Below, in pieces: positions 7,728 through 16,152 of a stretch of 32,000 nt of DNA. The notes below the pieces were generated by a model. The model made no database searches, was not told where the DNA came from, and saw nothing but the letters and a program-made list of their open reading frames with translations. Every line of letters begins with the position of its first letter. The first letter of the stretch is position 1. The position numbers and the translations under genes were made by a program. The stretch is taken from the NCBI RefSeq assembly GCF_000175255.2, contig NC_017262.1:1440001-1472000 (forward strand), in the 5' to 3' direction. Origin of the DNA: Zymomonas mobilis subsp. mobilis ATCC 10988. Lineage in GTDB: Bacteria; Pseudomonadota; Alphaproteobacteria; Sphingomonadales; Sphingomonadaceae.

Positions 7728-9151
7728 AGGATAAGTCGCGGAAAAATCAAATTATAGAGCGCTTTGGAAAGGCAAGCGCTTACGATCAAGCTGCATTTGT
7801 CCAAAAAATTGTTGCTAAGAAATTAGCTGAAAAAATCAAATTAACTTTCCCAAATTCTACATTCTTACCAATTAAAATATTAGAATTTGGTTGTGGAACT
7901 GGCTTTTTGACGGAAGAGCTTACTCGTCTTTTTCCAAAGGCCGAGATTACTGTCTCAGATATTTCTCCTGCGATGTTAGAGCGAGCAAAAACAAAATTTG
8001 ATCCTCTTCGTAATGCTCTCAATTTTCAGGTGTTAGATGGCGAGAATCCTCCCCAATATCCTTTCTATGACCTGATTTGTTCCAGCCTTAGTTTGCAGTG
8101 GTTTGCTGATAGACAGAAAGGACTACGCCGTCTTATTGACCAGCTTAACCCCGATGGTCAGTTGTGGGTTTCAACCTTATGCGAAAATAGCTTTCATGAG
8201 TGGCGACAGCTATACCATCAACGAAACTTGCTTTGTCCTATAATGGAATGTGCTTCAATAAGTGAGCTTCAATCCGATTGGCCCGCTTTAGGACAGGGCG
8301 AATGGATATCGGAAAAAATTATCGACTATCCTCAAAATGGATTTACCTTCCTTCGCCATTTTAAAAAAATAGGAGCCTCTCTACCGGAGGAGACTATTCC
8401 TCCATTGTCTGCATCTAAATTGAGGACTCTTTTAAAGTTATTTGATCAGGGAGAGAAAAAGATTACCTATCACGTAGGCTATGGCTCTTTTCGAAAATCA
8501 TCAAGAAAAGGTGTCTTTGTAACAGGCACAGATACCGGTATTGGAAAAACATTAACAGCAGCATGCCTCGTTAGAGCTTGGAAATCTTTTTACTGGAAGC
8601 CCTTTCAGACAGGTTTATCGGAAGAAGAGGGTGATAGTGCAGTCGTTAAACGATTGGCTAAAATCTCTGATGATCAATTAATCCCCCCAGCCGTTACTTT
8701 GGCCGCGCCGTTATCACCTGAAGCTGCCGCAAAACAAGAAAATCGCATTATAACAAAACATGATATTAGTTTTCCGTCCTTAAAGGATAACGAAATTCTA
8801 GTGATTGAAGGTGCTGGTGGTTTGATGGTGCCCATCTCACCAGATAAAATGATGATTGACTTTATTCAGGATTGTCAATTGCCTGTTATTTTGGTGGCCA
8901 GAAGCGGGTTAGGAACAATCAACCATACACTTCTTAGCTTGGAAGCACTCCGTTCACGGAAAATCCCGATAGCAGGTGCCATTTTAAGCGGTACCCAAAA
9001 TCAAGAAAACAGACAGGCTATCGAAAAATATGGTAAAGTATCTATCCTAGCAGAAATACCATGTCTAGATCAGGTTAATCCTGAGCAGATCGAGATTGTT
9101 GCGCGTAACATGCCTGCTTTTGATACCATTCGTCCAAGTATAGATTGCTGA
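7724..9151 (+). CDS. bioC-bioD: Fused malonyl-ACP O-methyltransferase (BioC) - dethiobiotin synthetase (BioD)
   Basis: N-terminal SAM methyltransferase: ILEFGCGTGFLTEELT, VSDISPAMLERA, DLICSSLSLQWF. C-terminal BioD from about 8511: GVFVTGTDTGIGKT, EGAGGLMVPI. Track ORF starts at 7715; ATG 7724 gives an ATGA overlap with the upstream stop. Confidence 0.93.
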   Translation: MKDKSRKNQIIERFGKASAYDQAAFVQKIVAKKLAEKIKLTFPNSTFLPIKILEFGCGTGFLTEELTRLFPKAEITVSDISPAMLERAKTKFDPLRNALNFQVLDGENPPQYPFYDLICSSLSLQWFADRQKGLRRLIDQLNPDGQLWVSTLCENSFHEWRQLYHQRNLLCPIMECASISELQSDWPALGQGEWISEKIIDYPQNGFTFLRHFKKIGASLPEETIPPLSASKLRTLLKLFDQGEKKITYHVGYGSFRKSSRKGVFVTGTDTGIGKTLTAACLVRAWKSFYWKPFQTGLSEEEGDSAVVKRLAKISDDQLIPPAVTLAAPLSPEAAAKQENRIITKHDISFPSLKDNEILVIEGAGGLMVPISPDKMMIDFIQDCQLPVILVARSGLGTINHTLLSLEALRSRKIPIAGAILSGTQNQENRQAIEKYGKVSILAEIPCLDQVNPEQIEIVARNMPAFDTIRPSIDC

Positions 9152-9161
9152 AAACTGTCTA

Positions 9162-10085
9162 ATGAAAAATAAGAATTGGTTTGAAGACAGTCACCCTGCA
9201 CGGTTGCTGGCTACGCAATGGGAACAGTATTTGCAATTCTCATTGCGGCGTTCGCCTCATGGTATTCGGGCGTATATGGCCACTGTCCATCGCTTTATTA
9301 GCTTTCTTGGAAATCATCGCGGTGATTTAATTGATAAAAATACGCTCCAAAAAACTGATATTGCAGAAATTAGAGCTTTTTTAGCTTATCGTCGTCAATC
9401 CGGCCTAGCTAATAGTTCTGTCGCTCGCGAAATTTCAGGGATACGTGCTTTTTTGCGCTTTATAGGTCTAGATCCCATTCCGGCTATAAAAGGGGCACGG
9501 GTAAAGAAAGGCATCCCAAGACCTTTATCACCTGAAGATGCTGTCGCGCTAGCAAAGGAAGCCAGCGAAGAGGCTTCAGAACAATGGATAGAAGCACGTG
9601 ATTTAGCCTTACTGCTTCTTTTATATGGTTCTGGTCTTCGGATAAGCGAAGCGCTTAATTTGACATGTGAAATATTACCCCTACAGACGACTTTAAGGGT
9701 TGTAGGCAAACGATCTAAAATACGCATTGTGCCTTTGCTAGAAAAAGTAAAAAGAGCAATGGAAACCTACGTCCGGCTTTGCCCCTATGCTTTTTCTGGA
9801 AGTCAGCCTTTTTTTAGAGGTGCAAAAGGGGGTGTTCTTTCTGCTGACGTTCTACGACGGACAGTCCGCAAGGCGCGCTACCACCTTGGCCTTGATAACA
9901 AGGCAACACCACATGCGTTACGTCATAGCTTTGCATCTCATCTACTGGGGCGGGGGGCAGATCTCCGTAGCTTGCAAGAGTTACTAGGCCATGCAAGCCT
10001 TTCTTCTACGCAAATATACACAGCAGTTGATGCAGCTCGTTTGCTAGATGTTTATCGGGCGGCACATCCCCGCGCCGATAAATAG
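9162..10085 (+). CDS. xerC: Tyrosine recombinase XerC/XerD family
   Basis: LLYGSGLRISEAL, HALRHSFASHLLGRGADLRSLQELLGHASLSSTQIYT (R...HxxR...H...Y). XerC versus XerD not resolved. Confidence 0.85.
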   Translation: MKNKNWFEDSHPARLLATQWEQYLQFSLRRSPHGIRAYMATVHRFISFLGNHRGDLIDKNTLQKTDIAEIRAFLAYRRQSGLANSSVAREISGIRAFLRFIGLDPIPAIKGARVKKGIPRPLSPEDAVALAKEASEEASEQWIEARDLALLLLLYGSGLRISEALNLTCEILPLQTTLRVVGKRSKIRIVPLLEKVKRAMETYVRLCPYAFSGSQPFFRGAKGGVLSADVLRRTVRKARYHLGLDNKATPHALRHSFASHLLGRGADLRSLQELLGHASLSSTQIYTAVDAARLLDVYRAAHPRADK

Positions 10086-10089
10086 CATC

Positions 10090-11040
10090 TTATAGGCTTT
10101 TGATTTTATTTTCGATTTTATCCCATATCATACCGGCAACATTACTATCGTTAAAACGATCCATCGCGACAATCCCAGTCGGAGATGTGACATTTATTTC
10201 CGTCAGATATCCTGCAATCACATCAATTCCGACAAATAGGAGCCCTTGTTTTGCTAATTCTGGCCCTAAAATCTGACAAATTTCTTTTTCTTTCTCAGTA
10301 AGAGAAGCCGCCTCGGCGGTTCCTCCGACACCTAAATTAGATCTAATCTCACCCTGACGGGGGACTCGATTGATAGCGCCCGCCACTTCTCCGTCGACTA
10401 GAATAATTCGTTTATCACCCTTACTAACATCTGGGATAAAAGCCTGCGCCATATAAGGTTCTCTCCAGACTTCGCCAAATAATTCTGACAGTGCTCCAAT
10501 ATTTTTCCCGTCACGGCCGATATAAAATACAGCGGATCCAGCATTACCATAAAGGGGTTTAACTACGATTTCATGATGCCTCTTATGAAAAGCCCGTAAT
10601 TGTTCGACATCGCGCGTAATCAATGTCGGTGGCATAAATTGAGCGAAATCAAGAACATATAATTTTTCAGGCGCATTTCTTACAGCTGCGGGATTATTAA
10701 CCACTAAAGTTTTATTCGTAATGCGTTCAAGCAAATGGGTGGCTGTAATATAGGCAAGATCAAAAGGAGGATCCTGCCTCATTAAAACAACATCAACATC
10801 ACTTTCTAAATCAATCTCTTCTTCAGGCTCCTCGGTATAATGAGAACCTTGAACCGCATTAACTTGAACGGGATGCGCTTTTGCAACAACTCGACCTTCT
10901 TTATAGCTGAGATCTGAAGCCAGATAATGCCATAATTTATAACCACGTTTTTGAGCTGCTAGCATAAGAGCAAAGGAAGAATCACCCGCTATCTTAACAG
11001 ATTCCAAAGGGTCCATCTGAACCGCAACTTTAAGATGCAC
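10090..11040 (-). CDS. gshB: Glutathione synthetase
   Basis: KVAVQMDPLESV, DVVLMRQDPPFDLAYI, EIVVKPLYGNAGSAVF, NVTSPTGI; full-length 316 aa. Confidence 0.95.
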   Translation of the reverse strand: MHLKVAVQMDPLESVKIAGDSSFALMLAAQKRGYKLWHYLASDLSYKEGRVVAKAHPVQVNAVQGSHYTEEPEEEIDLESDVDVVLMRQDPPFDLAYITATHLLERITNKTLVVNNPAAVRNAPEKLYVLDFAQFMPPTLITRDVEQLRAFHKRHHEIVVKPLYGNAGSAVFYIGRDGKNIGALSELFGEVWREPYMAQAFIPDVSKGDKRIILVDGEVAGAINRVPRQGEIRSNLGVGGTAEAASLTEKEKEICQILGPELAKQGLLFVGIDVIAGYLTEINVTSPTGIVAMDRFNDSNVAGMIWDKIENKIKSL

Positions 11041-11350
11041 CGTATATATCTCCCAAAATTCAAACTCTCTTATAGAGAATTGCCTTTCAGGCTCTTTTAT
11101 TTCAAGCCATTAAATCGAAGATTATAGCTTTAATATCTAAGCTATAAGAATTATTTTTTAATTTTAATGAATTTTTTGGAGAAATTTACAAAATTTTTTG
11201 TGCAAAATGGTGAAATGTTTTATTTTGAATGGCAAAAATAAAAGAATTCGAATTAGTTACTTTATTAAAAAATATATTCCTTCCCAAGGAAACCAGTTTT
11301 TCTTGATTCCCTTGGGTGCTTCCTAACCAGATTAAATACTCTTTAACTAG

Positions 11351-12195
11351 GCTCAGGACTCATTCTTTGAGATAGAAGATGAAACTTGCTGCGATATGGA
11401 TTGCTGACATGAATGTGTGAGCGCACCGGTCGTATCGTGTTGCGACACGCCGCCAGTCTTTGAGCTTTGCGAACATATTTTCGATGAGGTGACGTTTTTT
11501 ATACAGATGCCAGTCGTAAGGCGGCTTTGATTTCCGGTTCTTCTTCGGCGGAATACAGGCGGTGATATTCCGGTCTGCGAGAGACTGTCTGATTTTATTA
11601 CTGTCGTATCCCCGGTCCCCGAGAATTTCTTGTGTTTCTTCCGGCAGATTTGCCAGCAGAACATCCGCGCCTTTGAAGTCACTGACCTGACCTGCGGTCA
11701 GATGCAGCCGGACAGGGCGGCCCTGACTATCGCATACAGCGTGAAGCTTTGAGTTCAGTCCGCCTTTCGTGCGTCCGATATGGCGGGGAAAAGCCCCTTT
11801 TTGAGCAGGGAGGCCGCTGTCCGGTGTGCTTTCAGATGTGTTGCATCGATCATCAGACGCTTTGAACGGCCTGCCTGCTCCGTCAGGGCGACGAAGATCC
11901 GGTCAAAGACACCCAGGCGGCTCCACCGGATAAACCGGTTGTATAAAGTCTTGTGCGGGCCATACGCTTTCGGGGCGTCTTTCCACTGAAGGCCGTTGCG
12001 GATCACGTAAACGATCCCGCTCAGGACACGACGGTCATCGACACGCGGCACACCATGCGCCAGTGGAAAAAACGGCTTAATCCGTTCCATCTGGTGCTCA
12101 GACAGCAAAAACACGTCACTCACAGCTTCACCTCCATCGGTAAACCTGTGAATCACAACAGCCCGCTCAACTCAAGAAATTAACAGGTCCTGAGC
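11351..12195 (-). mobile_element. IS5-family (IS427-like) insertion sequence, copy 2, 845 bp
   Basis: Same termini as copy 1. Exact CTAG duplication at 11347-11350 and 12196-12199. Confidence 0.92.
11360..12156 (-). CDS. IS5-family transposase split in two frames (orfA 11755-12156; orfB stop at 11360-11362)
   Basis: Same frame structure as copy 1. The single difference is synonymous in the real orfB frame (AAG to AAA in WHLYKKRH). Confidence 0.85.
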
Positions 12196-12219
12196 CTAGA
12201 AATGGTGGGGTAAAAGATT

Positions 12220-13320
12220 TTAGACATTGAAGCGGAACAGCATGATATCACCATCAGTAACAACATACTCTTTGCCTTCTTGACGCAGCTTACCTGCTTC
12301 ACGAGCTCCAGCATCACCACCACATGCAATATAGTCATCAAAGCCGATAGTTTCTGCCCGAATAAAACCGCGCTCGAAATCTGTGTGAATAACGCCAGCG
12401 GCTTGTGGTGCTTTTGCGCCTTTTGTTATAGTCCATGCACGAGCTTCTTTTGGACCAACCGTAAAAAACGTAATAAGATCAAGCAGGTCATAGCCCGCGC
12501 GAATAATTCTACCTAGTCCGGTTTCCTTTAATCCTAGGTCAGACAAGAAAACAGATCGGTCTTCGGGTTCCATTGTCGCTATTTCAGATTCAATGGCAGC
12601 CGAAACAATGACAGCTCTTGATCCTTCAGCTTTTGCGCGTTCAAAGATTTTTGCAGAAAATTCATTGCCTTCAGCTGCAGCCGCTTCATCAACATTACAT
12701 ACATACAAGATCGGTTTTGCTGTAATAAGCTGTGCTTGAGCAAAATGACGCTCTTCATCTACGTCTTTAGGTTGTGTCAAACGCGCCGGCTTCCCATCAC
12801 GTAATAAATCAAGGGCTTGCCCCAAAACACTGGCGGCCACTTTCGCCTCTTTATCTCCGCCTTGAGCTTTTTTTTGGAGGTTGGGAACTCTTTTCTCAAG
12901 ACTCTCGAGATCCGCTAACAGTAATTCTGTTTCAATTATCTCTGCATCTGCGACTGGATCAACTTTGCCTTCGACATGAGTAATATCATCGTCTTCGAAA
13001 CAACGTAATACATGGACGATAGCATCAACTTCACGGATATGCCCTAAAAACTGATTTCCTAAGCCTTCACCCTTTGATGCGCCTCGAACCAGACCTGCAA
13101 TATCGACAAAGCCTAACTGTGTTTCAACAACACGTTGAGAGTTAGCAATCTCTGCAATTTGGTTCAAGCGAGGGTCGGGTACAGCAACCTGGCCGACATT
13201 AGGCTCAATGGTGCAAAACGGATAGTTGGCCGCCTGAGCTGCCGCGGTTTCTGTCAGCGCATTGAAAAGGGTTGATTTCCCGACATTTGGCAAACCCACA
13301 ATACCGCAACGAAAACCCAT
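12220..13320 (-). CDS. ychF: Redox-regulated ATPase/GTPase YchF
   Basis: MGFRCGIVGLPNVGKSTLFNALT, NYPFCTIEPNVGQVAVPD, DIAGLVRGASKGEGLGNQFL, C-terminal TGS domain DFERGFIRAETI. Confidence 0.97.
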   Translation of the reverse strand: MGFRCGIVGLPNVGKSTLFNALTETAAAQAANYPFCTIEPNVGQVAVPDPRLNQIAEIANSQRVVETQLGFVDIAGLVRGASKGEGLGNQFLGHIREVDAIVHVLRCFEDDDITHVEGKVDPVADAEIIETELLLADLESLEKRVPNLQKKAQGGDKEAKVAASVLGQALDLLRDGKPARLTQPKDVDEERHFAQAQLITAKPILYVCNVDEAAAAEGNEFSAKIFERAKAEGSRAVIVSAAIESEIATMEPEDRSVFLSDLGLKETGLGRIIRAGYDLLDLITFFTVGPKEARAWTITKGAKAPQAAGVIHTDFERGFIRAETIGFDDYIACGGDAGAREAGKLRQEGKEYVVTDGDIMLFRFNV

Positions 13321-13369
13321 ATCTTTATCCTTCTATTTTTAATTCCGTTTAATGGATACAAACCATAGC

Positions 13370-13939
13370 TTAGGACTGACGACGTAAAGCAATTTCACTC
13401 ATAAAACGGGCATCGTCATCATTTGCTAGCCACGGAATTGCTTGATTTATAGCATTTAACATGTCAGCGAGACTATCTGTTTCACTTTTGGCAAAATTGC
13501 CAAGAACATAATCATGAACGCGAGATTTCTCTCCTGGATGTCCGATACCCAATCTTACCCGCCGAAAACTTTGTCCTATGTGAGCAATCGTAGATCGAAG
13601 TCCATTATGTCCAGCCGCCCCGCCGCCTTTTTTCACCTTAACCCGCATAGGGGCAATATCTAATTCATCATGAAAAACTGTTACATCTTCGGGTGTTAAT
13701 TTGTAAAAACGCATGGCTTCACCAATCGCGCGTCCGCTTTCATTCATAAAAGTGGCTGGTTTCAAAAGCAGGATACGTTCTTGATCAATTTGGCCAAGGG
13801 AGATTTGACCTTGAAAAGCTCTTTTCCATGGCGCGAAGGATCTTTCGCTGGCTAGCATATCAACTGCCATAAAGCCTACATTATGCCGATTAAGTGCGTA
13901 AGATGACCCAGGATTACCAAGGCCTGCCCAAATCTGCAT
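13370..13939 (-). CDS. pth: Peptidyl-tRNA hydrolase
   Basis: GLGNPGSSYALNRHNVGFMAVD, KPATFMNESG, HDELDI, GGGAAGHNGLRS. Confidence 0.97.
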   Translation of the reverse strand: MQIWAGLGNPGSSYALNRHNVGFMAVDMLASERSFAPWKRAFQGQISLGQIDQERILLLKPATFMNESGRAIGEAMRFYKLTPEDVTVFHDELDIAPMRVKVKKGGGAAGHNGLRSTIAHIGQSFRRVRLGIGHPGEKSRVHDYVLGNFAKSETDSLADMLNAINQAIPWLANDDDARFMSEIALRRQS

Positions 13940-13979
13940 TCTGTTCTACCTAGAAAATAATATAAAAATATGAAGAAAA

Positions 13980-14005
13980 ATCCGCCTGCCGTATGACAGG
14001 CGGAT
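13980..14005 (-). terminator. Rho-independent terminator for rplY
   Basis: Minus strand reads ATCCGCCTG-TCATACGG-CAGGCGGAT followed by TTTTC, directly after the rplY stop. Confidence 0.8.
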
Positions 14006-14013
14006 CATTATCC

Positions 14014-14676
14014 TTATTCAGATTTTTCAGCTTCTTTCTTTTCAGCAGAAGCTGCGGAAGCTGCAGCAGCAAGAGCTGCATCGGCTTCGTCATCAGCATT
14101 GCTTTTCATGCCTGACGGTGCAATCACCGTCGCTGCCGTTGATTCATGTTCATCATGAGCCAATTCGGCACCTTCTGGCAGCTTAATCTGATTCAGATGA
14201 ATAGAATCGCCTACTTCAAGGCCAGCGACAGAAACAACAATTTCTTCAGGGATAGCTGTCGCTTTAACTTTAAGCTTCAGTTCGTGATGAATAATGTTGA
14301 GAACACCACCAAGCTTGATGCCCGGTGATTTTTCTTCATCAACATACGAAACTGGAATAGCCACTTCGACCAGGCTATTTGCACTAACGCGCAGAAAATC
14401 TACATGCAGTACTCGATCCGTTACAGGATGGAACTGAACATCTTTCGGGATGGTCGGTAATTTTTGACCATCAACATCAATGGTAACAACAGAGTTCATG
14501 AAATGGCCAGTGTTTAACATTTTAAACAAGGCAATATGATCTACAGTGATACCCATTGCAGGGGTTTTATCGCCATAAATAACAGCAGGAACGAGGCCTT
14601 CGCGACGGATAGCGCGGGAGGCTCCCTTACCAGCCCGGTCGCGCTTTTTAGCCAACAGGTTGAGCGTGTCGCTCAT
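14014..14676 (-). CDS. rplY: 50S ribosomal protein L25/general stress protein Ctc
   Basis: RDRAGKGASRAIRREGLVPAVIYGDK, HVDFLRVS, plus an Ala/Glu/Lys-rich C-terminal tail. The track start 14688 is TTG; ATG 14676 has a GGAG SD. Confidence 0.95.
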   Translation of the reverse strand: MSDTLNLLAKKRDRAGKGASRAIRREGLVPAVIYGDKTPAMGITVDHIALFKMLNTGHFMNSVVTIDVDGQKLPTIPKDVQFHPVTDRVLHVDFLRVSANSLVEVAIPVSYVDEEKSPGIKLGGVLNIIHHELKLKVKATAIPEEIVVSVAGLEVGDSIHLNQIKLPEGAELAHDEHESTAATVIAPSGMKSNADDEADAALAAAASAASAEKKEAEKSE

Positions 14677-14697
14677 GTTAGTCTCCAAAATTTTAAA

Positions 14698-14748
14698 TTA
14701 GAAAAAACGGGTCGCCTCCAGGGATGATCGACCCGTAGAAAGGCTCAT
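14698..14748 (-). CDS. Candidate 16-aa leader peptide upstream of rplY (MSLSTGRSSLEATRFF*)
   Basis: ATG (14748-14746) to TAA (14700-14698). An AGGAGG SD lies 9 nt upstream of the ATG. The ORF covers the whole hairpin described next. Confidence 0.35.
   Translation of the reverse strand: MSLSTGRSSLEATRFF
14701..14736 (-). promoter_or_regulatory. Terminator/attenuator-like hairpin in the rplY leader
   Basis: Minus strand: ACGGGTCG-ATCATCCCTGGAGG-CGACCCGT followed by further Ts and a C, ending about 25 nt upstream of the rplY ATG. Confidence 0.55.
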
Positions 14749-14765
14749 AGAGGAGGACCTCCTCT
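14749..14765. repeat. Near-perfect palindrome AGAGGAGG-A-CCTCCTCT that could sequester the leader-ORF SD
   Basis: Read directly. Realistically it folds as a 6-bp stem with a 5-nt loop. Confidence 0.5.
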
Positions 14766-14842
14766 CGAGCAAGCCGCTATACAAAGAAAACCGCTTCTTT
14801 CGGGCGCTATTATTCAAATTCTTTAGGAAAACGGACAAATTT

Positions 14843-15382
14843 TTATTTGTTTGCTGTTTTTGCTTTCAGCTTTTCTAATATGGAAAATGGCGAGGCTTTC
14901 TCTTCTGGCAAGACGCCAGCTTTTGTTAATATCTGATCGGCATCAGGATGGCGGGGAAAAGAGGGGAGAACGAGGAGTAATGTTTCAGCGACAGCTTCGC
15001 CCAAATCGATCCGACTGTTGCTATAGAAAACAGTATCACAATCATCAGGTGATAGTTCTATTTCTTCTTCGAAGTCTTTTTCAGATTCTTCTGGTTGGAA
15101 TCTTAGAGCAAAGTCTTCATCAACCATTATCGGTAAAGGTAGACCTGTCGCAGAGCAATTTTGGATGACAGAAGCTTTTATTCTACCATGCGCAACAACG
15201 GTTGTCCCCTCACGATAGAAGTCAATATTCGCTTGGAGTGAATCTATAGCTTTCAACGAAAAGCGTTTAGCTAAAGCCGATTTTTCTATATCATTCGCCT
15301 GTAAGCTGACATGCTGTGCTTGCTCGCTAATCTGATTTAGGTTAAAAATGCGCGAAAATTCTGGGGATACGGATGTATCCAT
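14843..15382 (-). CDS. YceD/DUF177 family protein
   Basis: PEFSRIFNLNQIS N-terminus, CSATGLPLPIMVDEDFALRF, DLGEAVAETLLLVLPSFPRHPDAD. Confidence 0.82.
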   Translation of the reverse strand: MDTSVSPEFSRIFNLNQISEQAQHVSLQANDIEKSALAKRFSLKAIDSLQANIDFYREGTTVVAHGRIKASVIQNCSATGLPLPIMVDEDFALRFQPEESEKDFEEEIELSPDDCDTVFYSNSRIDLGEAVAETLLLVLPSFPRHPDADQILTKAGVLPEEKASPFSILEKLKAKTANK

Positions 15383-15595
15383 CGGGTCTCTCCCGAAAAA
15401 AGGAATGAAATATCTGTTCGATTAGGCTTTTTCCATTTGTTCAAATCAAAAAAAGCTTTAACCAGACAGAATATAGCTATTGTTTGTAATATAGTTCAAT
15501 CATAGCTTCCCATGAAGGGGATGGATTGGATTTTTCATATATTTTGCTGATAGCCTTTACTTTGAAACAAAGGCCTATGGAGTACATAACTCAAT

Positions 15596-16090
15596 ATGAC
15601 CATTAACCGGTTGGGAAAAAAAGGCAAAGCAGGCATACTTCTTATGCTGGCCGGCTTGTCTGTCGGATGCACAAGAATAAGAGACCATCGCGGATATATG
15701 GTCGATAAAGCCATGGTTCAGTCTGTTTCCCCGGGTGTGGACAACCGGCAATCTGTTGAAAAAACTTTAGGCCGCCCGACTTTAGCAGGCGAGTTCGATC
15801 CTAATGTATGGTATTACATCAGCACTGATACAAAACAGCTCGTCTTCTCTTTGCCGAAAGCTTACAAACAAAATGTTTTAGCTGTTCATTTTGATCCAAG
15901 AGGAAATGTTTCTCGTGTTGAGACTATGGGGCTTGAACATGTTTCCCATATCCATCCAATCAGAGACCAAACTGTAACCCTCAGTACCCATCGTGGTTTC
16001 TTTGCTGAGCTATTTAATAACGTAGCCGCTGTTGGAGGTATGGCAGGGATGACACCTGTAGGAGCTGGTCCCGGTGGTACGACACCTTAA
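15596..16090 (+). CDS. bamE: Outer membrane assembly lipoprotein, SmpA/OmlA (BamE) family
   Basis: Lipobox MLAGLSVGC, HRGYMVDKAMVQSVSPGVDNRQSVEKTLGRPTLAG, VWYYISTDTK. Confidence 0.85.
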   Translation: MTINRLGKKGKAGILLMLAGLSVGCTRIRDHRGYMVDKAMVQSVSPGVDNRQSVEKTLGRPTLAGEFDPNVWYYISTDTKQLVFSLPKAYKQNVLAVHFDPRGNVSRVETMGLEHVSHIHPIRDQTVTLSTHRGFFAELFNNVAAVGGMAGMTPVGAGPGGTTP

Positions 16091-16152
16091 AAATGAGTAA
16101 TTTTATTCCAATATTTTACTGTATCGTTTTTTGAAAATTAAATCTGGTAATC

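Noticed and set aside
9395-9996. ORFs antisense or overlapping xerC (9395-9727, 9787-9987, 9814-9996)
   Set aside because: They overlap a well-supported recombinase gene and show no recognisable motifs.
9162-10085. Tyrosine recombinase as an integron or phage integrase marking a mobile island
   Set aside because: Sequence fits chromosomal XerC/XerD. There is no att repeat, cassette array or phage gene nearby.
3698-12195. Composite transposon carrying the biotin operon
   Set aside because: Cargo is housekeeping genes. Copy 2 has its own exact CTAG duplication and copy 1 a near match, so two independent insertions are simpler. I kept only the recombination implication.
14536-14727. + strand ORF overlapping the rplY leader
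   Set aside because: It is antisense to rplY coding sequence and the leader hairpin, with no family features.
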